Shown here: positions 40,852 to 55,859 of the stretch, in pieces
Numbering within the stretch: position 1 is the first letter of the stretch
How the letters are laid out: each line of letters starts with the position of its first letter
Source of the DNA: the human T2T-CHM13v2.0 reference genome, Homo sapiens
DNA: 64,000 nucleotides
Strand: one strand, 5' to 3'
NCBI RefSeq assembly: GCF_009914755.1
Contig: NC_060938.1
Notes under the pieces: generated by a model
Told to the model about the DNA's origin: nothing
Database searches by the model: none
Seen by the model: the letters and a program-made list of their open reading frames with translations, nothing else
Position numbers and translations under genes: made by a program

Positions 40852-42169
40852 TCAATACAAAATATAGATGCACAAGAAAAAACCAAATAAAGAAGCAGCT
40901 GCGTAAACAAAAAAACCCTCGAAGCCTTCTTATTGTTGAGGCCCAAATCTAGCTTTCTTTCACGAATCATGCTCTCACCTCAACTCCTAGGTCATATTGT
41001 CTCAATCTTTTGCCATCACCCACCAGCCTGTTTCAGGCTTGGAGCACAGGGACCACAGGACAGCTGTTGTCCATTAGCAGAGCTGTGGGTAGAGTAGCAA
41101 ATGGGTACTCATGGCTAGTCATATTCATTGGAAGAAAGCCACCAAGGACAAGGATTTTAGCAAGGGAATCCCATCATGATCAATATGAAATCAACTCTTT
41201 CACTAAATTAAAACTTCAGATCCTTACTGATTTCATGGTGTTTCTTTAACTTTACTTTTACGCGCTGACTTCACTGCTACTTGAGTGCAGCAGAAAATAA
41301 CTAGGCATGGCCCTTGGCCTGACTCTTGAATTGGTAAGATTTCAGACCATGAGCCCATCCCATTTAAAGAGATTTAATTAAGCCCATCTAGACCACGGTG
41401 GAAATGTGCAACTTGAAATAGTAAATACTGTAATTATTTAGTTCACTGACATTAAATTATGTTTGATTTTGTATTGCAAATTATAGTCTCTCTTTTGTTT
41501 TTTAAATGAATAGAGAAGAATATTTTGTAGTTAGGCAACAGCCAAGAAAGAAACAAGTTTTATTATCCTCTGTGAGAATCTGTAAATTGTCTCCCTGGTC
41601 TTTTGGTGCTAGAAAATACTTGAACTATTTTTTTTTTCCTCAGCAGTCGGCCTGTCTAATGTGAACAACTTTATGCCATCTCTTGTCAGCATTAATGCTA
41701 AATTAGATAATAATTTTCTTTCAGGTGTTAAAAACTTGGATGCAGTGGAGGTCTTTATTACCAGCTCAATCATTCACATTTGATTATTATATTTTTCTCT
41801 GAATGAGACTTGATTTAACTAGTCTTAGTCATTTAACAGGAATGTTGGAATTTTACACATTTATGATTTAAATTTTCAATAATTTTATAACATTATGGGT
41901 ACCATGAAAACTTGCAATAATGTCTACTCAGTTTTCAGGAGAATTTTCAGGGTTTGAAGAGTGATAGTAAGATCATGAGAAATAGCAATGGTAAAATGAT
42001 TGTATTTTTATATCAAAACTAACTCTGATACTCTCCTCTTTGAATATTTGGGGAGTTGTTGAAAAAAGAATGTTTTAAAACAACAGGAATTTAGCCCAGA
42101 AGGTTAACTCTAAACATACCATCAATTTTTAACTTCAGGGGAAAAATATAAATTAGGTACACTGATGTC

Positions 42170-42370
42170 GGAGGTAGTTGCAATGAAATAGTTAAAAACC
42201 TGTTTTCCCAGGTTCAAATCTGGGCCTTGCCACTTTTATAGGTGTGCATTTGGGGCAAACTACTAACAAACTTGTGGATGAGTTTATGTGAGGCTAATTT
42301 TGCTAGTTAATATGAGGAGAAAATATACATTTGACAAGTGCTTCAGTGATTGCAAAATATTTACTAGTAC
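42170..42370 (+). mobile_element. MIR fragment
   Basis: ccaggttcaaatctgggccttgccactt...ttggggcaaactact. Confidence 0.6.
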
Positions 42371-42435
42371 TGAGGAACAAAGTTTTGAATTATTAATAAA
42401 TGACTTAGAGTTTCCTCTGCCCCTTACCACGAGTG

Positions 42436-42833
42436 CATGTAAATCAGCTCGGCCTGCCATTAAAAATACCACAGACTGGGTGCCTTAAACAACAGAAATC
42501 TATTTTCTTACGGTTTCAGAAGGTGGAAGTCCAAGATCAAGATGCCAGCAAATTTGGTGTTTCTTGAGGGATCTTACCTTGGCTTGCAGATGACCGTCTC
42601 ATTGTGCCCTCACCTGGCCTCTTCTCTGAGTGTGTGCATCCCTGGTGTCCTGGTGTGTCTCTGTCTTCCTATAAAGACATCAGTCAGTTGGATTAGGGCC
42701 CCACATTTTGACCACATGTAACCTCAATTACCACCTTAATGTACCACCTTAAAGGCCTATCTCCGAGTACAGTCACACTGAGACTTTCAGCTTTAATAAA
42801 TGGATTTGAGGGGAACACAATTCAATCCATAAC
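42436..42833 (-). mobile_element. MLT1A/MLT1A0-type MaLR LTR
   Basis: aaataccacagactgggtgccttaaacaacagaaat...ggggaacacaattcaatccataaca. Confidence 0.85.
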
Positions 42834-44299
42834 AGCGACTTCGGCCAAATCTTTTTTACTTCTCTATGCTGTGGAAACTTCATCTTCATAAGGAAAATAG
42901 AGTTATTGATGGTATAAAATGAAACAATAAGTTGATTCCTAGAGGGGTGGGACAGAGAGGGAGGCAGGTGGCCCTGTTTCTAAGTGGTCCTTCAGCTTGG
43001 TCATAGGTTTAATTTGGGAGCCACAACATAGCAAACTTAGCTGGCTGCAACTTGGACCTTGGGCATCATCAACTTCCTGTGGACCATCTCCTTAAACAAT
43101 ATAATGAAGATGTTTTACAACATAAGAGAAGAAATGGGTTGGAATAAAGTCTTGAAATACAAATATAGTATATTCCGTATTGTGATTACAGCATGTCCTC
43201 TGGGTTTACTAATCTTTGAGATGTAAACACAAGACAAAAATTATATGGGAATATATGTCAAGTCAGCATTTGTATGTTGTATCATTAAAGGAAAAAATAA
43301 AAATGCTTTTGTATTCTTCAGATAATGCATATTGTAACCACTAGTAAAAATGCCCATTTTAAGATTGTTAGAAGCATTTCAGCATGGATGGTATGTTCAG
43401 TTAAATACACATGTTGCAAAATTTAATCAATGAAAAAACTTCAATGTAAAAAAGATGAAATAAAGTAAGTTTTCCATTAGAGGGGCCATGACTACTAAGA
43501 GTCTAGTTTGTGACATCTATTACTACTGTTATTATTCTCAGTTCACACTGTAGTATACCCAGTTGTAAGCAAAATCTTTCAATGTTCTTTACCAAATCAC
43601 TGTTCTCATTTGCATCTTCTTTTGGACGCCAATTTAATTCAAAATATAAAAAAGGAAACTTCAAAAAATTTTAGAAAATGTAACCCCTTAATGCTTTGAG
43701 CATCTATGATATTCTCAGGCATTCTTGCTGTCCTCAGGCATCTCAGAAGCTAAATAGCAACATTTGATTCACATCCTTTGGCCCAAGCAAACTCCAAGTG
43801 CCCAGACTATGTTGTGTCATTTGTTTAATCCAGTAGAATTCAAGCTTTTCGTTTAACTTATATATCCCCTAAAGGATTTTTTTTAATTTTTAAAATTTAA
43901 ATGTCCTCTCCCTGATTTTTTAGGCATCTTCTTAAAATTTTCATTTCAGTTTAAAAGTTGCAAAGAATATAGCTTGTTGTGTATTGCAAATATTGACATT
44001 GAAAAATAAATGTATTACAGAAAACTTTAAAATGCACTAATACAAATATGATTGTAATTTTATATCCCCTATTTTAAAAAAGACAAGTTCTTGAAGTAGT
44101 GTGCATTTAAATCTCCTCTTTTTCTCCTCAAACTATTTTTTTCATTCTAAAGTCCATTTGTAATTTTATTTTAATTGTGTGCTCAATGTTTATCATTTAT
44201 TTCTGTAATAATTATATATGCAGCATGCTTATATGTATATATAAACAATACAGATATATTAAAATTTATTTATATAATGTTATATATAACATATAAATA

Positions 44300-44390
44300 T
44301 ATACCTATATATTCATATATATATCTATATACCTATATATTCATATATATATCTATATACCTATATATTCATATATATATATTCATATCT
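44300..44390. repeat. AT-rich minisatellite, about 3 x 28 bp (tatacctatatattcatatatatatcta)
   Basis: Direct reading. Confidence 0.85.
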
Positions 44391-46345
44391 CATATATACA
44401 CAAAGAGAGAAAGATGTTTACAGAGTTCTTATGACTATGTAAATTTTTAAAAAATCTTCTGGATTGTATCACTAGTAAAAAATTGGTTAAAATAACATTT
44501 TATAAATTGTATTACATAATTATTAGGCATTAAAGGTTAGTGATTTTGTTAGTAATAAATTTCTTAATGAGATGGATTTTTTTTTCACCAGGTAGTTCCT
44601 GTATCCCTGGACAATTATTTGTTGCTCACAATAGAATATGTAGGTTATTAATTATATTTCTATTTCACATCTTTGTACGTAAAAGCATCAAAAAGCTTGT
44701 TCACATAAATGGTGTTTAAATTCATTACACATTATATGTAAAATATCACTATCAGGTATCAAACTTTACATTTAGTAACCTATTAGCTTGAAACTCTATT
44801 CTATCCTCCTTCTTATTGAAACACCAATTTACACCAACACCAGGAAGTTAGTTGCTTAGTTTCATCATTTCCATAAGTTGTACCATGAAAAAAAAATTAC
44901 TAAGGCCTAAGTCATGATCATTAATGACACTCATTACTCTTTTATTTAGAGGCATCATATTTAACTACGCACACTCAGAAATCCTTGGTATCTCGTAGTA
45001 CTTCAATATCCACTTGTCAATGCAATAGCTTTGGTAATATGCTTTCATCTTATTACGTGATTTAAATATATTTTCACGGAACTCTTTGACCATCAGATGC
45101 ACCAAGATATTTGTGATGAAGAGGAGAATCTCTCCATTCATTAGTGAGAATAACCAAAATGTGGAGAGTAAATAATGAGAAACAGACTGGTATTTCGAAG
45201 CAGACTTGCAAACACTTTTAAATATTTGGAATTTGTAAAATATGCAAAATTCAAATGCCTTCTCATGATTTGGTTTCCTGAATGAAATATAATACCACTG
45301 TCTTTAATATGTTTTCCAATGCTATTTTTAGTTGGTTTTCACAAGTTCTTTCTATGGAACAAAACCATTTTTTTTTTAATATTTAGGGGAAGTTCTCACT
45401 CCAGTTGTCAAACGTATGCTATATCTGAATTCATGGTATTATAATTTGTGAAAAAATTCAATTTCTAATGTCATTTTTCACCATTAACAGAAATACTTTT
45501 AAAATAGGAAAGACATGGGGTCTACTGTGGGTTCATGGCACCTTGATTAATGGGGAATTACATTTGAACTGTTTGGAGAACAGAGACTTGTATACTCCAA
45601 AGCAATGCACACCACTAAGAATTGAGAATGCTCTGAGGTATACTTTTATAAGTGGGAAACGGGGCTATTTTGAAACAGGAATGAGCGTAGGAGAATGAAC
45701 AAGATCACAAAATGCAGGTGTGTTCTCACTTTTAGGTTAAGAAAAAAGAAAAAAGAAATTAAGGATTGGAAAGCAACATTCTCAAAATTATCTATGCCCA
45801 CACACTACTTGGAAACTTTTATTGTATCCCTCAGGATATGCATACCACATTCTGCAGATCATAGCTTTAATATAACTATAAATGTGCTATGGTGGAAAGC
45901 ACATGATTTTTACAGTCAGCTTGACTTCTTTTTGAACTCTGGATATATAATTTAGTATTCTTGTTGACTCCTTAACATCCCCAGGTCTCAGTTATTTTAT
46001 TTTTAATCTATAAAAAGATATCAATACCTAGTGTGATATGAGACTTTTTGCAATAATATGTATGAAATACCTAGCATAATGTCTGGTAGGTAATTCAAGA
46101 GGCTGATCTCATTTTCCCATCCCTCCTACAAAGAATAATTTATTTTCCCTAGAAGTCACTCTAGCACTTGGTAAAATAAAGAAGATAGTAAATACTCCAA
46201 TTAATCAGTCATCACTTTTGTATAAAAATATTTTTAAATTCCTACAATTAGCAAAGCAATGCAATCTACATGTACTTTATGGTCTAAATTATTAAAATCA
46301 TTTTATGTTGTGGTTTTTGTACAGACATACAGAATGGAAATTTTG

Positions 46346-46897
46346 TTTTATTATACTTTTAAGTTCTGAGGTACGTTTGCAGAATGTGAAGGTTTGTTAC
46401 ATAGGTATACACGTGCAATGGTGGTTTGCTGCACCCATCAACCCATCATCTACATTAGGTATTTCTCCTAATGCTATCTCTTCCCTAGCCCTCCACCCCT
46501 TGACAGGCCCTGGTGTGTGATGTTCCTCTCCCTGTGTCCATGTGTTCTCATTGTTCAACTCACACTTATGAGTAAGAACATGCAGTGTTTGGTTTTCTGT
46601 TCCTGTGTTAGTTTGCTGCGAATGATGGTTTCCAGCCTCATCCATGTCCCTGCAAAGGACATGAACTCATCCCTTTTTATGGTTGCCTTGTATTCCATGG
46701 GGTAGATGTGCCACATTTTCTTTATCCAGTCTATTATTGATGGAATTTGGGTTGGTTCCAAGTCTTTGCTACTGTGAACAGTGCTGCAGTAAACATACGT
46801 GTGCACATGTCTTTATAGTAGAATGATTTATAATCCTTTGGGTTGTTTGGATTGCTGGGTCAAATGGTATTTCTGGTTCTAGATCCTTGAGGAATCA
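46346..46897 (-). mobile_element. L1PA7-like 5'-truncated L1
   Basis: Antisense ORF2 end and 3'UTR; 9-bp TSD gaaattttg (46337-45, 46898-906). Confidence 0.93.
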
Positions 46898-47482
46898 GAA
46901 ATTTTGCATGCATAAATATATGTATAAGTTTCTATGGAAAGAACATGTTGTGGTCATACCTAGGATACTCTTGTCAGCCTGATCATCACATTCTCTCTTC
47001 AGATGTCATTTTGTGTGGGATGCAAATTGGGATGTTTTTCATAAGGAACTTTTATAGTTTCTTGCCAAGCATGGAGTAAGATGAAGAGGAAGAAGGAGCA
47101 TTCCATGAATGCATTGCTTAACGGCATCAGGTGAAGATATCCTGATGCATCTTCCTTGCATTTGTGGCCTCTCCTATGGCACCACAAATGCTCAAGCTTT
47201 TTTGGCTAAAATGTACTTATTGCTCTCTATGTTTGAGATAAAATTGTAGGTAGACTTTACTACCAATAGGCAGCATTTGGGTGAAAATCAACATCATTTG
47301 CCTTTGTAATCTATATTATTTCTCCTGCCTTTTATTTTTTGAGGGGGACACCAATTATCTTATGTATAAATGTGTTCTTTTTATTTAATCATATTTTATA
47401 GAAAGGTTATTCAAATCCTGGTGACTTAGGAGCCATTTGTCTTCCAGTGATGAAAATAGGGAAATATCAGTCTTTTGATATC

Positions 47483-47810
<328 letters not shown>

Positions 47811-49179
47811 AGTCTTTTTACATGTTTTTGATTGGTTTCCTTAACTTCACTCTTAGTGTAAAACAACTCATCTTCCTAATCTCTAACTTTTTAATTAGTA
47901 ACAACTGCAGCACTATTACCATTTAAGACTATCGCTGTCTTTTTTTCTCAAAGAAAATAGAAGGTAAACATAGCAAAGAAATGTACACTAACAATCAAAT
48001 AGGAGAAGGTTGAGGCCTTGTCATTAAAAGCTACGGTGATTAAATTGTCTTAGATTCAAGTATGCAACATTTCTGTTTGAGAATGTCATTGTACAAAAAT
48101 AATTTATCTGGTTCTGCACAAAAGTGTTATTTGATATTTTGTTGGTTATGGTCAGCTTAAAATAATCACCTGCTATTGTCTCAACATATTTTGTGAAGAC
48201 TAAACCAAGGGGCCATGTCCATCTAAAATGTACTTGGCAAAAACAGGAGGAAGAAATCAATGAAGAAAATAAGAAGAAGTATATTAAAGAAAATAAATGG
48301 AAAGAAAGGAAAACAAGAAAAGGAAGAAAAAGAAGTCAAATAATCTTTCAAAAAATAACTTACTCTCCAAAAAAACTTATTATTAATGTTAATACCTGAG
48401 TGTGCCTTTTAGTTGCTAAAGACGAGATATCTATTTTTATACAGTCTTTCTTCTGAATATATCTGAAGAGCAAAGCAAAATGAGTTGGACATTTTCAAAA
48501 TTCAAAAATACCTGCATGACTTTCTGTAAAGGAGTCTAAATGTTTATTCATACATTCAATTATTTGTGAATTCTAGTCAATTTCATGCAGCCTGGAGTTT
48601 CAACTTGTAATATGTGATATATCAATATAGTTAGAGTATTTACTCTGGTCTCATTTTGTGAAGCTGCTTCTCCAGTGATCTATTTATTCTGAGCACCAAG
48701 ATCCTGACTACAATTGTCAATTTGGTCCATCTGGTTTTGTGGAAGCACTGACAACTGGAAATACAGAGAAAACCACTGAAATTACAGAACATATACAATG
48801 AAATAAGCCAGATGCAAGTTGTTAAGCTGTTAACCTAAACACATATTTCAGTTTTAACAAGCCAAAATTAATAGACTAGTATACTTACAGCATGGTTGAA
48901 AACATTCTTAGCCAGAAGTGGATCTGAGATTTATGTATTTTCCTGAGTCTGTTTAAGTCATTTATTATATTATTATTATCATTATTCTTTTACACAGTAG
49001 TCACTATTATCTACTCTCTAATTCTTTATTGCAATTGCTCAAAATTTAGAATTTGAAGCATGGAGTTTCACAAATGTATTTATTTAACCTTTACTTTCTC
49101 TATATTTTCTCAAATCCATGCAATATGTATGATTTAGTGAATTTACAATTTTCAATGCATACTCCCAAATGTATATGTA

Positions 49180-49627
49180 AATTTACTCATTTCCTAGGGT
49201 TTCCATAACAGAGCATCACAATTAGGTGCTTTAAAACAACAGACATTTATTCCTTCACAGTTATGTATGCTACAAGTCTGAAATCAAGTTACTGGCAGAG
49301 CCATGCTTCCTCTAAAGTCTTTAGAGGCGAATCCTTCCTTGTCTCCTCCAACTTCTGATGGCCACATGAGTTTCTTGGCTTGTGGCCACATAACTCTATA
49401 ATCTCAGCCTCCATCTTCATGTGGCTGTTCTTTCTGTATGTCAGTGTCTTCCCAAAGCATTTTCCTCTTAGAAAGATAACAGCCATATTCAATTCCTGCC
49501 CACCCTAATAATCTCATCTTTACTTGATTACATCTGTGAAGATCCTATTTAATACGGTTACTTAGGGTTAGAACTTCAACAAATCTTTTTAGAAAACTTA
49601 GAAAAATGACATTTTTAATCCATGATA
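49180..49627 (-). mobile_element. MLT1B/C-type MaLR LTR
   Basis: ttcctagggtttccataacagagcatcac...ggcagagccatgcttcctct...gaatccttccttgtctcctccaacttctg. Confidence 0.8.
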
Positions 49628-49659
49628 GGTTGACTAAGTTTCCTAGAAATGGCATCTAA

Positions 49660-50930
49660 AAAGACGCCACCATTTTAGTACTATAATTTAATTTTCTCAG
49701 TAATAGACTAAACAAGAACACAAAATCAGTAAGCATATAGAATATTAGAACACCATGATTAACAAAATGACTAAGAGACACACGACAACATTCTACACAA
49801 GTTCATATGAACTTTAAAAATATACATAGGGTGTTTATCAAATTGGAATTTTTCTTCAGCCATAAGGCAATTCTTGACAAATTTCAAAAGATTGAAATCA
49901 TAAAGACAATGTTGTCTAAGCTGAGTGGAATAAAATAACAAAAAGATAATTAAAAAGTTCTTAAGTATTTGGAAGTAAGAAAAATAGATCGCTTCTAAAC
50001 AACCCATAGGCTAAAGAAAAAATTACAAAACTTCTTGTTCTGACTCACAATTTTAAAAGGCAATATTTCAAAATTTGTGCAATTCAATTAAACTGTTCTT
50101 AGATGCAGTTGATTGTCTTAGGTACATATACAATATCAACAAAGAAAGACTGAAAATTAAGAATCCGTCTTAAGAAGTTAGAAAGAGAACATTACAATGA
50201 ATTCAAATAGGAGGTAGAAAAGGAAATAATGAATATTATAGACAAATTAGTAACATAGGAAAAACACATAAAATGATAACCAGCAGAGCCAAAAGCTAGC
50301 TATTAGTCATCAAAAATGAAAATGAAAACTACAGTTTATTATTAACTAAACACCCCCTAGAAAAGTAATATTAAAAAGATTGGCAATAATGAGTTTCTCC
50401 AAAATTAGGAATAATTGTGACACTTATACTCTGTTAATCTAGTGTAAATTAGTCCAATTACTTAGGGAATCTACTTGGCAGTATAAAGTTGAACATGTAC
50501 ATACACTGTGACCCAGTTTGATAACTGTGTACGTACCTAACAGAAACGCACATACTTATGTCCAGAAAAAGTAAGCTCTAAATAATTTAAAATGTGAAAT
50601 GTTCAAAAATAAAATGGTAATACATTTTTATATATTTAATTGGAATCCAAATTTTTTGAAAGTAATAATTTACTATTATATGCAACAACAAGGATGAATT
50701 GCCCAACCATGGCAAAAGCCACACACAAAAGCAACAAACTATAGGATTCCATTTATCAGCCATTTCTGTTTTGGGATGCAGTTAAGGATATTGGTAATGA
50801 TTATGGGATTTCCCAAGAAGGCTTTCCTAATGGTGCTGATAATTCCTGTTACTGGGATTACCAGTAACAGGATATTACTGGTATGGATATGGTTGTTCAT
50901 TTTGCAATGATTTATTAGTCTGTAACACCA
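49660..50930 (+). mobile_element. Old L1M/L1ME fragments (ORF2 pieces and 3'UTR)
   Basis: aaatcagtaagcatatagaatattagaacacc; ttgaaatcataaagacaatgttgtct; tatgcaacaacaaggatgaat...ggattccattta. Confidence 0.7.
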
Positions 50931-53900
50931 ATTTGATATTAAAAAGAAACATGAGGGTTTGGTTCTATATATCGGGGCTTTGAAGCTACATAACACAAGA
51001 TCATTCATTTGTTAGACATTTCTTGTTCTAGGGTCCTATACATCGGCCTTGATCGCCATGTTGTTACCAGTATAGATCCAGAGAATATCTTGATTTGAAG
51101 GATGGCTATATCTCTATGATTATATTTCCCCACCTATCTGTACCTTACTGAGGGGGATTATTTCCAGCTGTAACTCTACTTTAACAATGCTGTAATGTAG
51201 CATATTATAACCAAAAGGAATTTGGTATTGCCAGATCATTTGGTAAAATAAAGGCACCTAACTTGTCTCCAGCATGTGACAAAAATAATAAATAATTGTG
51301 TGTTTATTTGATAAAAAGAAAGCTGGAGGGAAGATATTTAAGTAATTTGCCTGAGATTGCTATGGGGTCAGTAGCAAAGTCAGAAATGGAGACACTCAAT
51401 CCATTTCTCCAAGTGACTGATTCCCCTGCTGGGTATGTGTTTCCAACAAGACTTTTCCCGAGGTGGCACAATCGAATTCACTTGCTAGTTAAGGTTCTCA
51501 TTATATTTCATACAGGAAGAATGAAAATTGAGCATAAGCTTTCAGGATACACTGTGATTATTGTGATACTGGCTATGGTGGATTTACCCAACAGCTGTAA
51601 GATCACAAGTTCAGAGGAAGTTAGACAAAATGACTTTATGTTTAGGGGTTCAAATTTGAGGATTTATATTTCAAAGTGCATTAGGGAATAACAATCAAAA
51701 AATAATAACAATAATACTACCACCTAAAAGCAGTGACCTTACATAGTAGTTGGAATGGTCATCGGAGAAAAATCTGAGTGGTGTGTGTCTCGCTCCAGCG
51801 CAACACATCATAAACATTCAGTGAATCAACTCTCCCATGCAAATAGGCTGCAGATGCAGAGTTAAACAATGGGAGTGATTTCTGGTGATGAAAGGTTAGG
51901 GAACCAGCCTGCATCCCTCATTGAATGCTATTGTCAGCTATATCTGCCATCTGCTGCATTACAAGATTTTGGCACTCGCTTAGAGGATTTACCCACCGGC
52001 CGAGTCAGGAGACACTTAACTTCTGTGACACGCATAAAACTATACAGGGAATGCGGTAGATTTCTTGTAGCCTGTAACAATATATTTTAAGTTTAGAAAA
52101 GTTACAGTTGGGAGCCTTGTTCTCAGATTGATTTAAATGCTCTATGTGGGTGTTTATGAGTTCCTGCTGGGTTATAGCAATGAAGTACTCAATTGTAAGA
52201 AGTCTAGAAACAAAAAAATACAAACCCCAAACAACAAAGACACCTCATCTCTCACACCTGTGGTTTCCTGGGTGAGGAGGTGGTTTATGTAACACTCCGG
52301 CTAGTGAAGGATTTGGGGAGGTCAGTCATCTGTCGCTACGGGGCTTTAGAAACTGAATTCCAAAGAAGGAACAACACATGGCAATATTAGAAGTGTAAGT
52401 GTGGATGAAGAACATAGATTAAAATTCAGCATACAGACACCAAACATATTAGTTTTGATGTGAGCAAGAAAAACAGGGACAGAGAGCGACATTGGAAGAA
52501 GGAGAAAATATATGGGTGTGTTTAGCGGAGACACACATGAATGAGAACCAAAAAGAAAATATTAAAAGAGGAAATTTGTATAGTCCTATTCTATAAATAG
52601 AAGTTTAGAATCAGCCAACATCCACAGAGCTTTCTTGAAATTTTGCTGTAGCATTCAGTGGTCCTTTTTGATACCTCCCTCAGGATGTTAAGAAAGAATT
52701 ATGTTTCAGGCCAGGTGTAAGAATTTGGGGCTCTGAAAAAAATCCAAATTTAACACCTCTACCCAGAGATACCTACACAATACAAACAGTAAAGACACAA
52801 TAAAAATGGGTATGTATTTAAAAATCTAGTCTGAAAGGAAGTCAGAGACACCCTGAAGGGGAAAATAGACTCTTGTAGACACTGCCTGATTTTCATACAT
52901 AAACAAATGATTATATTACTCTACTTTTAGTTTATAATTACTTCTTGAAGAAAGCAAAATTTTATAAAGTAAGCTAACATTTTGCTCAGAAAGTCCTTGT
53001 TCCTACTGGATCGGAAAATAGCAGTTCTGTGGAGTGGCTTGGAAATGTTGGCTTATCTGAGAAAGTTAGGATACATTGGAATGTCAGCAGAGGTAACACA
53101 CCTTTATTTCCCCCTTGGACACTGCCACACATTATATTGTGTAGTGGCCAGTCACTCCTCTTGCATGAGCCCTAAGCCCAAGAAGTCGTAACTGATCAGA
53201 AAATAGAATCATATCCTTGAAGTCAACACTAGCATTCTCCCTAGCACTATCTATCCCAATATGCCCCATGTTTACTCAAAGGCTACATCTCTCTACCCAA
53301 ACCTTCGTATGCACCCTCCTCACTACATCCCACTTCACTGCCACTGTATTGACATTTTCATCCACACCATACCTATTGTTTCTAGTATAAGCAAATTCTG
53401 GCTTATTCTTAATCAACAATAGAGTGTTTTATTCTGACAATTTCATTGACTGACTGCAGGTACTCTAGATGTTGAAGAAATAGAAAATCACAAGAAAAGA
53501 TCTCTGTTTCCATAAGCTCATAAAAGGGACAGACAGGTACTACTACTAGTACTACATAATATATTATAATAAAATATACTAATTGTGATAAAGTTTTCTG
53601 TTATAACAAAGTTTTCCACATTTGTGGACTTTTGAATGAAGGCATTTCTCTGCTATGATAATGATAGAGCAGTGGTCATAGAAGAGAACAAAATGTGCAA
53701 CGTGGATTATAAAAAAAATTACAAATTCATTGTGCAGTAAACAAGGAGAAGGGAATTTAAATGGAGGAAAGTGCAAAGCCAAGACTCAGAACTGTGATGA
53801 TCTGTGCAGGGTGGGAGGGTGGGAAGCTGAGGAGGAAGAAGGGGCTAGGGCAGTGGGTACTTTGTGAGGACAGGGATGATTGGTCTGATGAGTGGGATTA

Positions 53901-53971
53901 GAACTAGACTGTGAAGCATTCATGACTTTCTCATTAAGTCCCTTTATCTCCCTCTCAGAAAACTGGAAGTA

Positions 53972-54274
53972 TTTTTGTTTTTGTTTTTGTTTTGTTTTGT
54001 TTGAGATAGAGTCTTCCTCTGTTACCAAGGCTGGAGTGCACCATCATGACCCACAGCACTCTCGACTTCCCAGGCTCAGGTAATCCTCCCACCTCAGACT
54101 CTTGGATAGCTGGGATGACAGGTACATGCCACCCAGCTAATTTTTTGTATTTTTAGTAGAGATGGGGTTTCGTCATGTTGCCCAGGCTGGTCTCAAACTC
54201 CAGGGTTCACCTGGTCCTTTGGCCTTGGCCTCCCAAAGTTATGGAATTACAGGTGTGAGCCACCACACCTGGCC
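53972..54274 (-). mobile_element. AluJ with (TTTTG)n tail
   Basis: ctcgacttcccaggctcaggtaatcctcccacctcag; gttgcccaggctggtctcaaactcc. Confidence 0.9.
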
Positions 54275-54519
54275 AAGTTTTCTTTAAGCATGAACAATAC
54301 ACGAAAAGTTTTATGTTTTTTCACCTCAAAATTAAGTTAATAATTAGAAGAAAGAAAAGAGCTATAAAATAACTTAGCTCTTACTGAGCTTGTTTTTCAA
54401 GCTATAATGGAATAAAGCCTGGGGATTTTCATTTTTCTCATGGGCTCAACAATAATCTGAATAAGAGTAGGACAAGAAAAACAGAGGAACAAGAAAGGTG
54501 GGTGGAGATTGGCAGCAGG

Positions 54520-55600
54520 TGGGAGGGGAGCAAAAAGCAAATGATAAATGGTAGACCTAAATTCAACTATATTGGTAATCATATTAAATGTTAATGGACC
54601 AAACACTTAAACCAAAAGGCGCAGATTTTTCAGAATAGATGGAAAAGCAAAACCTAACTACACTCTGACTAAGAGAGATGTCTTTAAATATAAAGGCACA
54701 GACATGTTTAAACTAAAGTGTATATATATACATATATAATAAACTATAAATGTATGAATACTGTAGAAATTATGTTAATTTTAGATAAAACACACTGCAA
54801 GAAAAGATAATTACTAGGGATAAAGTGCAACATTTCACAGTGATAAAGGAGTCAGTGCCCTAAGAAGACACAACAGTTATAACCGTGTATTCATCTAATC
54901 AGAGAGCTTCAAACACATGAAGCAAAAATTGTATAACTTAAAGGGAAAAACAAACAATTTCATAATTATAGTTGCATATTTTAACACCCTATTAGTAGTC
55001 TATAAAAATTAGGCAAAAATCGGTAAAGACAGGTGATCTGAACAACACTACTAACCACCTGAACCCATTGATTTTAATAAGACATTATATGCAACTTCTG
55101 CAAGGTACACATTTCTTTCCAGTGTTCAAGTATACATTATATTCTAATTAGATGTCATTCTGAGCCTTTAAAAAAGTCTAGATGTTTATGAAAATGTTGA
55201 AATCATACGTAGTATATTCTCCATCTATGAGAAAATTAAATTAGGAACAAATTACCAAAAGTTGTCTAGAAAATCCATTAATACTGGGAAAACTTAGAAA
55301 GGACACTTAATTTATGATTTGAAGTTAACATAGGAGGAAATTGAAAATATTTTATCTTGAATAATAGTAAAATAAAATACATCAAAAATTTTGACATGCC
55401 CCTATAGCAATGCTTTGAAATAAATGTACATCTTTAAATGGTCATGTAAGAAAAGAAAGAAAGTCTAAAATCAGTGGCCTGAGGTAGCATTATAAGCAGC
55501 TAGAAAAGAAAGAGCTAAGCAAACTCAAAGTAAGAAAGACAATAATTGATATGAGCAGAAATTAACAAGAAATACAGCAAAAATTGAAAAAGTTAACATT
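54520..55600 (+). mobile_element. Old L1M ORF2 (endonuclease-side) fragment
   Basis: aaatgttaatggaccaaacac...agagagcttcaaacacatgaagcaaaaattg...gatctgaacaacact. Confidence 0.85.
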
Positions 55601-55859
55601 TATACTACTCGTGTCCATTAACTCAAGATGCATATCTTGCTGATACCCTTCTTCCAGTTATTCTCATTCCTGCCGCTTCTCTGTCAAAGCTCCCAACCTC
55701 TCTCTATATCAGATGGAGGCTCTATAATACTCCCTTAGCACAGTCCTTGCTGCCATTTTATATTGTCATATGGATTCCTTATTCCTAAATATTCTGAAAC
55801 CAGTCCTTTATTTATAGTATCCTTTTATAATCCTTTAATGCCATTGGGATGTCTTTCTA

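Noticed and set aside
43830-45450. Possible hAT/Charlie DNA transposon remnant
   Set aside because: Only a vague terminal resemblance; no transposase motifs could be confirmed
51296-51691. 131-aa ORF in unique DNA (similarly 929-1300, 3986-4363, 62686-63042)
   Set aside because: No recognisable domain, some with non-ATG starts; lengths compatible with chance
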